A stretch of 64,000 nt of DNA, taken from assembly GCA_934700345.1 (NCBI GenBank), contig CAKUXP010000002.1:50515-114514 (forward strand). The letters are read 5' to 3'. This DNA comes from an uncultured Fibrobacter sp. GTDB lineage: Bacteria > Fibrobacterota > Fibrobacteria > Fibrobacterales > Fibrobacteraceae. Of this stretch, positions 45,784 through 56,115 are shown in pieces. Position numbers and translations under genes: made by a program. The stretch's first letter is position 1. Each line of letters begins with the position of its first letter. A model generated the notes under the pieces. That model was not told the DNA's origin. It made no database searches and saw nothing but the letters and a program-made list of their open reading frames with translations.

Positions 45784-45862
45784 GGATAATGCGCCTAAAA
45801 TCCTATCTGGGCGGAATGTTTTCTATATTAAGTGGAAACCAAAACTTAACAGAAGGATATCT

Positions 45863-46474
45863 ATGTCTAAAATTCTGCGCATCTTTGCTCTTTCTGCCTT
45901 GGCGATGGCTTTTGTGGCCTGCTCTAGCGGCGGTAAAAAGGTTACCCGCATCGAATCGGATTCCGTGGTCGATCTTTCCGGAAAGTGGAACGATACGGAT
46001 TCCCGTCTTGTCGCGGAAGAGATGATCCAGGACTGCATCGCGCGTCCTTGGTATGGCAAGCTCCTCCAGAACAAGAACGGCGAACTTCCGACGGTCGTCA
46101 TCGGCAGTGTCCGCAACAAGAGCCACGAACACATCAACGTGGAAACCTTTATCAAGGATATGGAGCGCGCCCTTATCAACTCGGGCAAGGTCGATTTCGT
46201 CGCGAACGCCGAAGAACGCGGCGAACTTCGCGCGGAACTCGCAAGCCAGTCCGGCAATGCGACCGAGGAAACCCGCAAGGAAGCCGGCCAGGAAATCGGC
46301 GCGGACCTGATGCTCACGGGAAGCCTGAATTCAATCGTTGACCAGGAAGGCGGCGAACAGGTCGTCTTCTACCAGATTGACTTGCAGCTCGTCGATATCC
46401 AGACCCACAAGACTGTCTGGATCGGTGACAAGAAAATCAAGAAGTATATGAGCAAAAGCTCGGTCAAGATGTAA
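45863..46474 (+). CDS. LpoB-like lipoprotein (penicillin-binding-protein-activator LpoB / COG3417-like fold)
   Basis: Lipobox AFVACSSGG at ATG 45863. VVIGSVRNKSHEHINVETFIKDMERALINSGKVDFV...GADLMLTGSL follows the LpoB C-terminal domain pattern. Confidence 0.45.
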   Translation: MSKILRIFALSALAMAFVACSSGGKKVTRIESDSVVDLSGKWNDTDSRLVAEEMIQDCIARPWYGKLLQNKNGELPTVVIGSVRNKSHEHINVETFIKDMERALINSGKVDFVANAEERGELRAELASQSGNATEETRKEAGQEIGADLMLTGSLNSIVDQEGGEQVVFYQIDLQLVDIQTHKTVWIGDKKIKKYMSKSSVKM

Positions 46475-46486
46475 TCGGTATTCGCC

Positions 46487-47899
46487 ATGAAGAAAATCCG
46501 CTTTTCTCTACTTGCAATCTGTCTGTTCCTTTTTGCCTCCTGTGCCAACAAGTCGATGACTCGGTACGAGGAACTTTCAAAACCGATGGCGAAAGGCGGA
46601 TTTTCCGCTGCGATTGATGCCGTTCAGAAAAACCAGAAAAAACTTTACGGTTCCAATTCGGAATTTCTTTATCACTTTGACCTGGCGACCCTCTATCATT
46701 ACGATGGCAATTACCGGAAAAGCGCTGACGAGTTCGAAAAGGCGAAGCAGGTCTATGACGACCTCTATACAAAGTCCGTAACCAACGAAGCCGCTTCTGT
46801 CTTGACAAACGACAATGTCCGTCCGTATCGGGCGAGACCTTTTGAAATCCTTTCCCTTTACGAAATGAACATCGTAAACTATCTCGCGATGGGAGATGTC
46901 GATGGAGCGCTTGTTGAAGCCCGGGCTTCGGATATCGCTTTGCAACAGCTGTACCAGAAGAGTGACAAGAAGACGAATGATGCCGGATATTTGCGCTACC
47001 TGATCGCTCTGGTATATGAAATGGGCGGAGAAACGGACAATGCCGCAATATCCTATTACAAGACGGTTCGTGCCTATTCCGAGGAACCGACGAAGCTTCC
47101 CGCCGAGGCGCAGGCGTTTATCGTAAACCGCCTCGAAAAGAGCGGTCGAGCAAATGATATTTCGACTTTGAACTTTCCGAATTCGAATGTTTCGGAGACG
47201 GTCCCGATGTATGTCGATAACGCGAACGGTGAAATCGTCGTCATTGGCTATGCGGGCCACAGTGCGATTCTCGGGGAATGGATGCTTTCGGGAACCTATG
47301 TGCGCGGCGGGATTCTGAACGTGATGGGAAAGAATCCGCAATCGGGAAAAGTGGAAAGTCTGACGATTCCGTTCCCGGCGACCGCTGTCGGAAGCCACGG
47401 TGGAACGACATTTTCTGTCACGATTGCAATTCCGGAACGCAAGGATGTTCCGTATCATGTAGAGAACTTTGAAATTTTGCTGGACGGAAAACCTTTGGGC
47501 TACCAGCCGGAAGTTTTTTTGGACAATACGAAAAACCTGGTCAAGAATCTGGAAGACGAGCGCGCGGTGACGCTCGGACGGACCGCGGTTCGCGTTCTTA
47601 CCCGGACTATCGCTGCGCAGACCGCCAAAAAGCAGATGGAGACGAACAATGTCCTGCTGAATCTTGTGACGAGCATCGGCACGGACGTCGCAGCAGCCCA
47701 ATTGGAACAGGCCGATCTGCGGGTTGCGCTTTTCCTTCCGCATGATGTCCGCATGGCGCGGATTCCGGCGACTCCGGGTACGCACAAGGTAACGGTTCTT
47801 GCGACAAACCGGAACGGCGGTGCGGTCAAGCGTTACGAGTTTACGGCGAATGTCAAGCCCGGCAAAAAGGCGCTGGTCGTTGTTCCCGCAATCCGATAA
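46487..47899 (+). CDS. Hypothetical lipoprotein (470 aa), helical TPR-like N-terminal half, beta-rich C-terminal half
   Basis: Lipobox LFASCANK. Begins 13 nt after the LpoB-like gene. No family assigned. Confidence 0.5.
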   Translation: MKKIRFSLLAICLFLFASCANKSMTRYEELSKPMAKGGFSAAIDAVQKNQKKLYGSNSEFLYHFDLATLYHYDGNYRKSADEFEKAKQVYDDLYTKSVTNEAASVLTNDNVRPYRARPFEILSLYEMNIVNYLAMGDVDGALVEARASDIALQQLYQKSDKKTNDAGYLRYLIALVYEMGGETDNAAISYYKTVRAYSEEPTKLPAEAQAFIVNRLEKSGRANDISTLNFPNSNVSETVPMYVDNANGEIVVIGYAGHSAILGEWMLSGTYVRGGILNVMGKNPQSGKVESLTIPFPATAVGSHGGTTFSVTIAIPERKDVPYHVENFEILLDGKPLGYQPEVFLDNTKNLVKNLEDERAVTLGRTAVRVLTRTIAAQTAKKQMETNNVLLNLVTSIGTDVAAAQLEQADLRVALFLPHDVRMARIPATPGTHKVTVLATNRNGGAVKRYEFTANVKPGKKALVVVPAIR

Positions 47900-48333
47900 T
47901 TTATGCAGACGGAAGAAATCCTGACACGGTTTGACGACATCGCGCTTTCTTTCGTCTTCGATTCCTTCTCCCAAAACGATTTTGAATTTTGGGGCGGGAA
48001 CAGGGTTGCGTTCAAACTTTGAATTTTCCGTCTTGGACTATACCGAAATCTGCCCACTTGAAAGTTTGACCCGATAGCTTCCGCCCTTTCGATACACCAT
48101 TTAGAAGAATGCGCAGGAAAATGCTCTAACGGAATATCTTTGAACGTCTCGAGCATGGCTATTGGTGAACCTCGACCGGTTCGATGCGGAATTTTCCGAA
48201 GTGCTATCCGGGAAAGCGGCCTTTCGAAATTGGAATTTGAACGCTAGATAGCGCGGAAAGCCTTGGAGCGCGCGAATCGGTAAGACGAAACTCGTCGAAA
48301 AAAATCCACTGCTAGGATTAGTCGCTAGAGTCG

Positions 48334-48996
48334 CTAGATGTTTCGCAAGACTTCTTGGGAGGTTTGTGGCGCGAGTTCCGTATCCATGACGAAATGCCGG
48401 ACCTCGTTCGGGTTGATGCGTGCATATTCGGAAAGGGCCTGCCCGATGCCTGTGCGGATGTAGTAGTTGTCGTCCTTGGCGCAGTGCAGGCAGCAGGACT
48501 TGAGAAGATCCCAGTCCGTATGGTCGCGGTATTGCAGCTGGAAAAGGATGACGCTGCGGCGGACCCAAATGTTCGGGTCGCGAATCCACGTGGCGATCTT
48601 GTGGCGGATCGGAGGAATTCTCCAGGCGAGGTTGCCGAGAACGCTTGTGGCGATTGTATCGACCGTGTCTTTCCACGGGCGTGTCTTGATGAGTGTCTTC
48701 AGGAAGTTGAGGTGCTGTCCGCCGAGAAGAGCCTTGTGCTTGAACAGGTAGTCGCAGGCGGCGTATTGGACTTCGCGGTAAGGCTGGGCCCACATGTCGG
48801 AAACCCTTGCCGCCAGTTCGTCCCCGTTCTTGGGCGGATACTTGTCGAAAATCGGGTAGGTGGCTTCACGACGCTTGATGACGCTTACCCCGAGAAAGTC
48901 AAAGGAATCGCGCATACTTTTTGACATCGTACGCGCTTCTTCTTCGTTTGAGCGTGCTCGGAGCGTTAAAAGAATTTCTTGTGTGAATCGGAGCAT
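48334..48996 (-). CDS. DNA alkylation repair protein (AlkC/AlkD-like HEAT-repeat glycosylase family)
   Basis: HEAT-like helical repeats. W/R-rich segments (WAQPYREVQYAACDYL, IRDPNIWVRRSVILFQL) resemble the PF08713 DNA_alkylation family. Confidence 0.5.
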   Translation of the reverse strand: MLRFTQEILLTLRARSNEEEARTMSKSMRDSFDFLGVSVIKRREATYPIFDKYPPKNGDELAARVSDMWAQPYREVQYAACDYLFKHKALLGGQHLNFLKTLIKTRPWKDTVDTIATSVLGNLAWRIPPIRHKIATWIRDPNIWVRRSVILFQLQYRDHTDWDLLKSCCLHCAKDDNYYIRTGIGQALSEYARINPNEVRHFVMDTELAPQTSQEVLRNI

Positions 48997-49207
48997 TTGC
49001 GTAAAAAATACAACACTATTTCAAGAATTTCTAGGTCTTGACAAATAGATTTTTTTAATTTAAATGTTGTTCGCTGATTTTATAATCAGGGTCGGCTCTG
49101 AAAATCGCCTTGGTAAGGAAAGCTCCGCTTGGGTTCTTGCAAAGTTTCCTTATCGGTTTCTGGAAAATGAATTTTTGGAGAGTCCCATAGAATCCCTAGC
49201 ATTTTTG

Positions 49208-49957
49208 ATGAACACGATGGAAAATACACCGATAGAAAATCTCCCCGTGATAGAAGTCCCCCCCGAGTTGCGCGGTCTTTCCGACGAAGAAATCCTGGCG
49301 CTTCATCCGGTCGATCCCGAAAAGCGCGACCGCTTTCGCCTTTCCAAGAAGGAACGCGCTGCGAAGAAGCTCGCCAGGGAACAGGCGAAGTTTCGCCGCC
49401 TAATGGAACAGTATGAGAATCGAGATAGGATTGTCCATTCATCGAGACCGATGCCCAAGATGTCGGATTTCGACGGGAATGCGGCAACTCAAGCCGCTAG
49501 GCGTTCTACGGTGACGCCCGCCCCTCGGAAAACCCTTTTTGTCCCGAGCCAGATGAAAAAAACGGTTACTGCGCAGGCTCCTATTGCCGTTCCGGCAAAG
49601 TCTGTTCCTGCTCCGCTGCCGCCTAGGCAAAGTTCGGGCCGCGTACTTGTCGGTTCGTTTGGCGGGGCAAAGTTCGGCGCAGCCAAGACGCAGATTATTT
49701 CCGAGGACGAACTGGCGAAGAAACGCGCCGCGGAAGAGGCGAAGCGCAAACGCGAACTGGCGAAAAAGCGCACAGCGATGGAGCGCGCCGCCCTCGAACG
49801 CACAGTGTTGACAGCCCCCGAAGTTCCGCAAAAGCTCGATCCGAATTCCCTGTTCAAGCCGGACTCGCCGCTGGGAACGGCGCAGACGCCGGAAATACCG
49901 GGAGTGCCTGTGAAGCGCAAGCGCGGTCGTCCGCGGAAAAATCCGCTTCCCGAATAG
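49208..49957 (+). CDS. Hypothetical low-complexity protein ending in an AT-hook (KRKRGRPRKNP)
   Basis: Internal starts MNTMENT at 49208/49217 (the track ORF from 49064 is longer). A/K/R/P-rich and predicted disordered. A TTGACA-N17-TAAATG promoter-like sequence lies at 49039-49067. Confidence 0.4.
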   Translation: MNTMENTPIENLPVIEVPPELRGLSDEEILALHPVDPEKRDRFRLSKKERAAKKLAREQAKFRRLMEQYENRDRIVHSSRPMPKMSDFDGNAATQAARRSTVTPAPRKTLFVPSQMKKTVTAQAPIAVPAKSVPAPLPPRQSSGRVLVGSFGGAKFGAAKTQIISEDELAKKRAAEEAKRKRELAKKRTAMERAALERTVLTAPEVPQKLDPNSLFKPDSPLGTAQTPEIPGVPVKRKRGRPRKNPLPE

Positions 49958-50031
49958 CTTTAACCTGGTTTTTTTTACTTTTTTCTCCGTAATTCGCAAT
50001 TTTTGGCAAGGATTGAATATATCTTTGTGGT

Positions 50032-52002
50032 ATGCGATATGGTGATATTTCCAGCTATCAGAGCGGTGTTGCGGTTCCCCTGTTTTCGTTGCGTTCCAAG
50101 GATAGCGTCGGCATTGGCGAATTTTTGGATTTGGTGCCTTTTGGCGTTTGGGCGAAGAAATGCGGATTGAATGTTATCCAGATTCTCCCGGTGAACGATA
50201 CTGGTTACGAATCTTCTCCCTATAGCGCACGTAGCGCCTTTGCGCTTAACCCGGCGTTTATCCGTTTGCAGATAATCATCGGTGCAGAACGCTTTATGCC
50301 GGAAATAACGGCCCTGCAGGAGAAATATGCATCGGAAACGAAGGTCCGCTACCAGGAAATCGCTCGGGAAAAGCGAGTCATTCTCCGGAAAATTTTCGAT
50401 TCGCGCTATGCGCTTCTAGAACACAACGTTGCATTCCTCAAGTGGGTCGATGCGAATCCGTGGGCAAAACCCTATGCGGTCTATGCGGTTCTCAAGGAAA
50501 GGAATCGGGAAGCTAGCTGGAAAAGCTGGGCGGAAGATGTAAATCCGTCGCCAGCCCGCGTGAGCGCCTTGTTCCGCAAGATGCACAAGGATTCGCTGTT
50601 TCAATGCTGGATGCAGTTTGAAGCGGAAGCCCAGTTCAAGGTGACATCCGACAAGCTGACCGAAAGCGGCGTTTACCTGAAAGGAGATATTCCGATTCTC
50701 CTGAACGAGGACAGTGCGGATGTCTGGTATAACCGCAAGTACTTTTCCCTCTCCGACCGGGCCGGGGCGCCTCCCGATATGTTCAGCTATAGCGGGCAGA
50801 ACTGGGGCTTTCCGACGTATCGCTGGGATGTTCTGGAACAGGACGGTTTCAAGTGGTGGTGCAACCGCCTTGCCGAAGCGGCGAAATTCTATCATGCTTA
50901 CCGCATTGATCATGTTCTGGGCTTTTTCCGAATTTGGGCGATTCCCGAAAATCAGCGGACGGGAGTCCTCGGGCACTTTTCGCCGGCGATTCCGCTTACG
51001 GAAACGGCCCTCTTCGCGTCGGGATTCAAGAGGGAAACGCTCGGCTATCTGCAAAACCCGAATTTTTCCAGGGGGCAGCTTCGGGAGTTCCTGGGCGAGG
51101 CTACGGACGCCTGCATCGAAAGGTTCTTTGAACTTCTGCCGTTTACGAGCGACCGCTACGTCTTGAAAGAAGGGTTCCGCTGTGAAAGTGCGATCGTCGA
51201 TTCCGATGAAGAACAATCCGTAAAGGACGGGCTTTTGAAAGTCTTGTGGAACCGCGTCTTTGTGCCGGGGACGAAAGACGGAAACTACTACCCGTTCTGG
51301 TATTGGTATAACGCTCCGGTTCTCGGGACGCTTCCGCAAAGCGAGCAGGAATTGCTTCGGAATTTAATCCGTGCGAACGAAGCCGCTCAGGAATCCCTGT
51401 GGTATGCGAACGGGAAAAAACTTCTCTCCGTTCTAGCCAAGGCGACGGATATGACCGTCTGCGCCGAAGACCTGGGAGCCGTTCCGCGTTGTGTGCCTCA
51501 GGTTCTTTCGGAACTTCGGATTAATTCGCTTCGCGTGGAACGCTGGGCGAGAAACTGGGATGCGCCTTCCCAACCGTATTACGAACTTTCGGAATACCCG
51601 AGACTTTCGGTCGCGACGACAAGTGTCCACGATACGTCAACTCTGCTAGGCCTCTGGAAGGAAAAGGATTTTGATAAAAACTATTTCTGGTCGAGCCATC
51701 TACACTTAGACGGTCCCGCCCCGGAATCCCTGACACCGGATACGGTCAAGCTTCTTATTCGGAATATCTTCAAGGCGAACAGTCTCTTCTGCATTCCGCC
51801 ACTCCAGGATTTTCTTGCTCTAAGCGCGCGCTTTTCGCCTGCGAATCCCGAGGAGGAACGCGTCAATACGCCGGGAACGGTCGGCCCGCAGAACTGGACC
51901 TATCGGATGCCGTGCACAATCGAGGAGTTGGAAGAAAACGTCGCGCTGGTCCGCGAAATTGCCTGCCTGACGGATGAACGCTCCAGGCGTTCCCTCGTCT
52001 GA
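50032..52002 (+). CDS. malQ: 4-alpha-glucanotransferase (amylomaltase, GH77)
   Basis: 656 aa. LPVNDTGYESSPYSARSAFALNP and overall GH77 pattern. Confidence 0.9.
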   Translation: MRYGDISSYQSGVAVPLFSLRSKDSVGIGEFLDLVPFGVWAKKCGLNVIQILPVNDTGYESSPYSARSAFALNPAFIRLQIIIGAERFMPEITALQEKYASETKVRYQEIAREKRVILRKIFDSRYALLEHNVAFLKWVDANPWAKPYAVYAVLKERNREASWKSWAEDVNPSPARVSALFRKMHKDSLFQCWMQFEAEAQFKVTSDKLTESGVYLKGDIPILLNEDSADVWYNRKYFSLSDRAGAPPDMFSYSGQNWGFPTYRWDVLEQDGFKWWCNRLAEAAKFYHAYRIDHVLGFFRIWAIPENQRTGVLGHFSPAIPLTETALFASGFKRETLGYLQNPNFSRGQLREFLGEATDACIERFFELLPFTSDRYVLKEGFRCESAIVDSDEEQSVKDGLLKVLWNRVFVPGTKDGNYYPFWYWYNAPVLGTLPQSEQELLRNLIRANEAAQESLWYANGKKLLSVLAKATDMTVCAEDLGAVPRCVPQVLSELRINSLRVERWARNWDAPSQPYYELSEYPRLSVATTSVHDTSTLLGLWKEKDFDKNYFWSSHLHLDGPAPESLTPDTVKLLIRNIFKANSLFCIPPLQDFLALSARFSPANPEEERVNTPGTVGPQNWTYRMPCTIEELEENVALVREIACLTDERSRRSLV

Positions 52003-52007
52003 TTCCT

Positions 52008-53453
52008 ATGGCGAACAGTTCAACGGATTTTGCCAGCTTCCCGGAATGGGTGAAGTCGGCGGTCTTTTACCAGGTCTTTCCGGATCGATTTGCGCGCAGC
52101 CCGCGTTATTCCGCGCCGGGGCATTTTAGAAATTGGGGTTCAAAGCCTGAAACGTCCGGGTTTTGCGGAGGAAATCTCCGAGGGATTCTGGAACATCTCG
52201 ATTATATCCAGCGGGTCGGGGCGAATGCGATTTACCTTTGCCCGATTTTTATGAGCGCGGCGAATCATCGCTACCACACGGTCGATTATTTTCGGATAGA
52301 TCCTGTTTTAGGTACGCTTGAAGATTTCGACGAGCTGGTGCGCGAAATCCATCGTCGCGGGATGCGCCTGATTCTCGACGGGGTTTTCAACCACTGTTCG
52401 CGCGGATTCTTTCCTTTTTTGAGCGTGATGGAAGAGGGCGAAGCGTCTCCGTTCAGGGACTGGTTCCACATCCATTCGTTCCCGGTCAAGGCTTATTCGG
52501 GGCGCCCGAATTACGAATGCTGGTGGGGAATGCCTCCGCTCCCCAAGTTCAATACGGACAATGTCGAGGTCCGGGAATACTTGATGCGCGTTGCCGAATA
52601 CTGGTTGCATCGCGGAATCGACGGCTGGCGACTGGATGTTCCGAATGAAATCGACGATGACGGTTTTTGGCGCGAGTTCCGCTTGCGGGTCAAAAGGATC
52701 AATCCCGAAGCGTATATCGTCGGGGAAATCTGGGAAGATCCTTCTCGCTGGCTTGCCGGCGACCAGTTCGACGGCGTAATGAACTATCCGGTGCGAAAGC
52801 TTGCCCTGGATTTTCTTTTTCCGCAAGGAATGCGCTCGGCGGACGCGGTTTCGACAGGCGATACGACGGGGGCTGCAGGCAAGGAAGTCGGCCTTTCCGA
52901 ATTTTGCAAGAAGTTTCAGGCGCTTTTTGAACGGGATCTTTTTGGCGTCCAGATGAACCTTTTCGGGAGCCATGATACGGCTCGCTTGCGGACTCTTGCC
53001 GGGAAAAATCCGGACGGTGCGATCCTCGCCTGTGCGCTTCTCCTGTGCCTGCCCGGAGCGATTTCCATGTATTACGGTGACGAAATCGGGATGGAAGGCG
53101 GCAAGGACCCAGATAACCGGCGCTGTTTTCCGTGGCAGGAAATGCCCGAGGCGGAGAATTCCGAAATATTTCGTCTGGTGCGGACCTTTCTGTCGTTTCG
53201 CAAACGCGAAGCCGCGATGACGCAAGGAGCTTTTTTGATCCGTCCCGAAGGACAGGGTATTCTCGTTTGCCGGACGTATGAAAACACGGTCGTGGAACTT
53301 CGGCTGGGATTTCCCGGTGCGGCTCCCTTGCCTGGAATTTCGGCGCGGACCGAGATCGTTTACGAGAAAAATCGCAAGCCAATCGAAAATGTGGCTGGCT
53401 ATTTCGTGGCAAAAGGCGGAATCGTTCTCACCAAAAGGATTCTCTCTTACTAA
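52008..53453 (+). CDS. GH13 alpha-amylase-family glycoside hydrolase (neopullulanase/cyclomaltodextrinase-like catalytic domain)
   Basis: GH13 conserved regions LILDGVFNH, DGWRLDVPNEI, GEIWE and FGSHDT. Confidence 0.8.
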   Translation: MANSSTDFASFPEWVKSAVFYQVFPDRFARSPRYSAPGHFRNWGSKPETSGFCGGNLRGILEHLDYIQRVGANAIYLCPIFMSAANHRYHTVDYFRIDPVLGTLEDFDELVREIHRRGMRLILDGVFNHCSRGFFPFLSVMEEGEASPFRDWFHIHSFPVKAYSGRPNYECWWGMPPLPKFNTDNVEVREYLMRVAEYWLHRGIDGWRLDVPNEIDDDGFWREFRLRVKRINPEAYIVGEIWEDPSRWLAGDQFDGVMNYPVRKLALDFLFPQGMRSADAVSTGDTTGAAGKEVGLSEFCKKFQALFERDLFGVQMNLFGSHDTARLRTLAGKNPDGAILACALLLCLPGAISMYYGDEIGMEGGKDPDNRRCFPWQEMPEAENSEIFRLVRTFLSFRKREAAMTQGAFLIRPEGQGILVCRTYENTVVELRLGFPGAAPLPGISARTEIVYEKNRKPIENVAGYFVAKGGIVLTKRILSY

Positions 53454-53500
53454 ATTTGAACGGCACTTTAGGTTTTTTACGCCTTTAAGGAAAAGATCAG

Positions 53501-56095
53501 ATGAAGAAAAAAATATTCGGTTTGCGCGAGGTTATCATTCTCGCTATCCTACTTCTTTCGTGCTACACGATCATTCCTTCGATTCGCGTCCATTCCAAGA
53601 CTGGCGAGGCGAAAAAGGAATACGTGAAGCAAAATCCGAAGGTCGCTGCGAAGGCGGTGAACTTTGGACTTGACCTAGCTGGCGGTACGAGCATCACGCT
53701 GCAGATCGACGGCAAGGGACTGAAGGATGAAGACATCAAGGATGTCCAGCAGCAGTCCCTCGAAATTGTGCGGAACCGCGTGGACCAGTTCGGCCTATCC
53801 GAACCGCTAATTTCCCCATCGGGCAAGGACCGCATCATCGTCGAACTTGCGGGCGTGGATGATTCCACGGCGAAGAGCCTTGTCGGTAGCACGGCAAAGC
53901 TCGAATTCAAGATTCTCGCGGAACAGGAAAAGTTCGGGCAGGTTATTTCTGTCATCGACAACTACCTGTTAAACCGCGGAGCGATTGCGGATTCAAATGT
54001 CGCGGCTGCTTCGAGCGATTCGTCGAAGGCTTCCGAAAGGACCGCGGAAGTTTCGGATGCGGAACTCTTTGCCGGCAATGCAGCGGGCAAGACGGACTCT
54101 GCTTCGAAACCGGACAGCGTGTCTGTAAGCGAAAAATCCCAGGGCGTTGCGCTTTCTGCCCTGTATATGTCTTTTGGAAACGGTGGCTTTGTCGCCCAGG
54201 AACAGATCGAAACCATCAAGAAGCTTTTGTCGGACCGCACCGTGCAGAGCCTGATTCCGCATGATGTCGTTTTCGCCTGGGGGTCGGGACTTGAAAAGGT
54301 AAATGGCTCTGCTGTCAAGGCCAAGCGTCTTTATCTGCTCAAGCGGCGTGCGGAAATGAGCGGTGAATACGTCTCCGATGCGCGTCCTTACCGTGTAAGC
54401 GACGGTACGAATTCCGGTGAAGTCGCCGTGAGCCTCAAGTTCGCAGGCATCGGTCCGAAACGCTTTGGCGCAATTACCGCGGCGAACATCGGCAAGCAGA
54501 TGGCGATAGTTCTCGACGACCAGGTGATAAGCGCCCCGGTCATTCGCGACCGCATCCCGAACGGCGAAGCCCAGATTACAGGTCTTGACGATATGGCGGA
54601 AGCGAACCGTCTTGCAGTCGTTCTCCGTTCCGGCGCCCTCAAGGCTCCGATGAATATCATCGAAAGCCGTACAATCGGAGCGACTCTTGGCGAAGACAAC
54701 ATCCGCTCCGGATTCGGATCCGCCCTGATAGGACTTCTGATTACCGTGCTCTTTATGATTATGTATTATCGCTTTGGCGGTCTTATCGCAAGCGCGGGTC
54801 TTATCTGCAACGCTTTGATTACCGCCGCAGTGCTTTCCGTGTTCCATGCGACGATGACGCTTCCGGGAATCGCCGGTATGATTTTGACCGTCGGCATGTC
54901 GATTGACGCGAACGTGATTATTTTCGAGCGCGTGCGAGAAGAACTCCGCGAAGGTAACAAGGCGCGCATGGCAATTGCCAAGGGCTACGAAAGGGCGTTC
55001 AGCGCGATCTTCGATTCGAACTTGACGACTTTCCTCACCGCGCTCATTCTCTACAAGGTCGGTTCCGCTTCGGTCAAGGGTTTTGGTCTCACGTTGATGA
55101 TCGGTATCGCGGCTTCGATGTTTACCGCGTTGACGGTTACGCGCGCTATTTTTGACATCAAGCTTGCCAAGCAGGATTCGAATACGATTTCGATCGGAAA
55201 CGGAATTTCCGCTTTGAACAATGCGCAACTTACGATTATCAGCCGGGCGAAGATCTTTGGGACGATTTCCGCCATCCTGATTCTCGCGGCGTGTGGACTT
55301 GCGATTTTCAAGGGATTCAACTTCAGCATTGACTTCACGGGCGGTACGGTTTTCCGCGTCCAGTATAATGATTCCAAGGATCACATCCAGGACTTGAACG
55401 ATGTCCTTGCCAAGTTTAACGTAACCGATGGAACGGTACGCGCCGTGGGCGGCACATCCATCCAGAACGCTTACGAAGTTTCCGTGAAGAGCGAAAAGGG
55501 ACAGGATGTCGTGAAGGCTATCGATTCCGACGATAATGTCCACATCCTTTCCCAGAACGATGTCGGTGCGACAATCGGGAAGGAGCTGCGCTTCAACGCG
55601 ATTCTTGCCGTCATCTTCGCGTGGATTGCGATTTGTCTCTACGTGTGGTTCCGCTTCGGAAAGCTCGGTCTGGGCTTCGGTCTCGGGGCGATTATCGGTC
55701 TGATTCACGATACGGTTATCACCATCGGCTTGATTTCCCTCCTGGGACTTTCTGTCGATGGCGCCTTGATAGCGGCGCTCCTTACGATGATCGGTTACTC
55801 GGTGAACGATACGATTATCAACTACGACCGCATTCGTGAAAATGTTCGCTTGCATGGTTCCGCGAACTTTGCTGGTCTTGTCGATACGTCGGTTTCGCAG
55901 TGCTTAAGCCGGACCGTTATTACATCGTTCTCGACGCTTTTTGTGTGCGTCATCCTTGCGGTGATGGGCGGTTCCTCGATTCGCGACTTCGGTATCGTGA
56001 TGTCGTTCGGTGTGCTGATTGGAACATATTCTTCCATCTTCATCTGCTCGCCGTTTGTCGTGTGGTTCAATTCTCGGATCCGCCGCATCGTGTAA
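53501..56095 (+). CDS. secDF: Protein translocase subunit SecDF (fused)
   Basis: 864 aa. N-terminal TM, large periplasmic domain, 6 TM (SecD), second periplasmic domain, 6 TM (SecF). Conserved LDLAGGTSITLQ. Confidence 0.9.
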   Translation: MKKKIFGLREVIILAILLLSCYTIIPSIRVHSKTGEAKKEYVKQNPKVAAKAVNFGLDLAGGTSITLQIDGKGLKDEDIKDVQQQSLEIVRNRVDQFGLSEPLISPSGKDRIIVELAGVDDSTAKSLVGSTAKLEFKILAEQEKFGQVISVIDNYLLNRGAIADSNVAAASSDSSKASERTAEVSDAELFAGNAAGKTDSASKPDSVSVSEKSQGVALSALYMSFGNGGFVAQEQIETIKKLLSDRTVQSLIPHDVVFAWGSGLEKVNGSAVKAKRLYLLKRRAEMSGEYVSDARPYRVSDGTNSGEVAVSLKFAGIGPKRFGAITAANIGKQMAIVLDDQVISAPVIRDRIPNGEAQITGLDDMAEANRLAVVLRSGALKAPMNIIESRTIGATLGEDNIRSGFGSALIGLLITVLFMIMYYRFGGLIASAGLICNALITAAVLSVFHATMTLPGIAGMILTVGMSIDANVIIFERVREELREGNKARMAIAKGYERAFSAIFDSNLTTFLTALILYKVGSASVKGFGLTLMIGIAASMFTALTVTRAIFDIKLAKQDSNTISIGNGISALNNAQLTIISRAKIFGTISAILILAACGLAIFKGFNFSIDFTGGTVFRVQYNDSKDHIQDLNDVLAKFNVTDGTVRAVGGTSIQNAYEVSVKSEKGQDVVKAIDSDDNVHILSQNDVGATIGKELRFNAILAVIFAWIAICLYVWFRFGKLGLGFGLGAIIGLIHDTVITIGLISLLGLSVDGALIAALLTMIGYSVNDTIINYDRIRENVRLHGSANFAGLVDTSVSQCLSRTVITSFSTLFVCVILAVMGGSSIRDFGIVMSFGVLIGTYSSIFICSPFVVWFNSRIRRIV

Positions 56096-56115
56096 TTTTT
56101 ACAAATAATTTCCGA

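Noticed and set aside
46577-47974. 465-aa antisense ORF over the 46487..47899 lipoprotein gene
   Set aside because: The sense strand has a lipobox signal peptide and an upstream gene 13 nt away. The antisense product is R-rich.
50416-53412. Antisense ORFs inside malQ and the GH13 gene (50416..51339, 52308..53225, 52699..53412)
   Set aside because: Shadow ORFs of a G+C-rich coding strand.
53993-55855. 620-aa ORF antisense to secDF
   Set aside because: Fully embedded in a highly conserved gene. Arg/His-rich nonsense composition.
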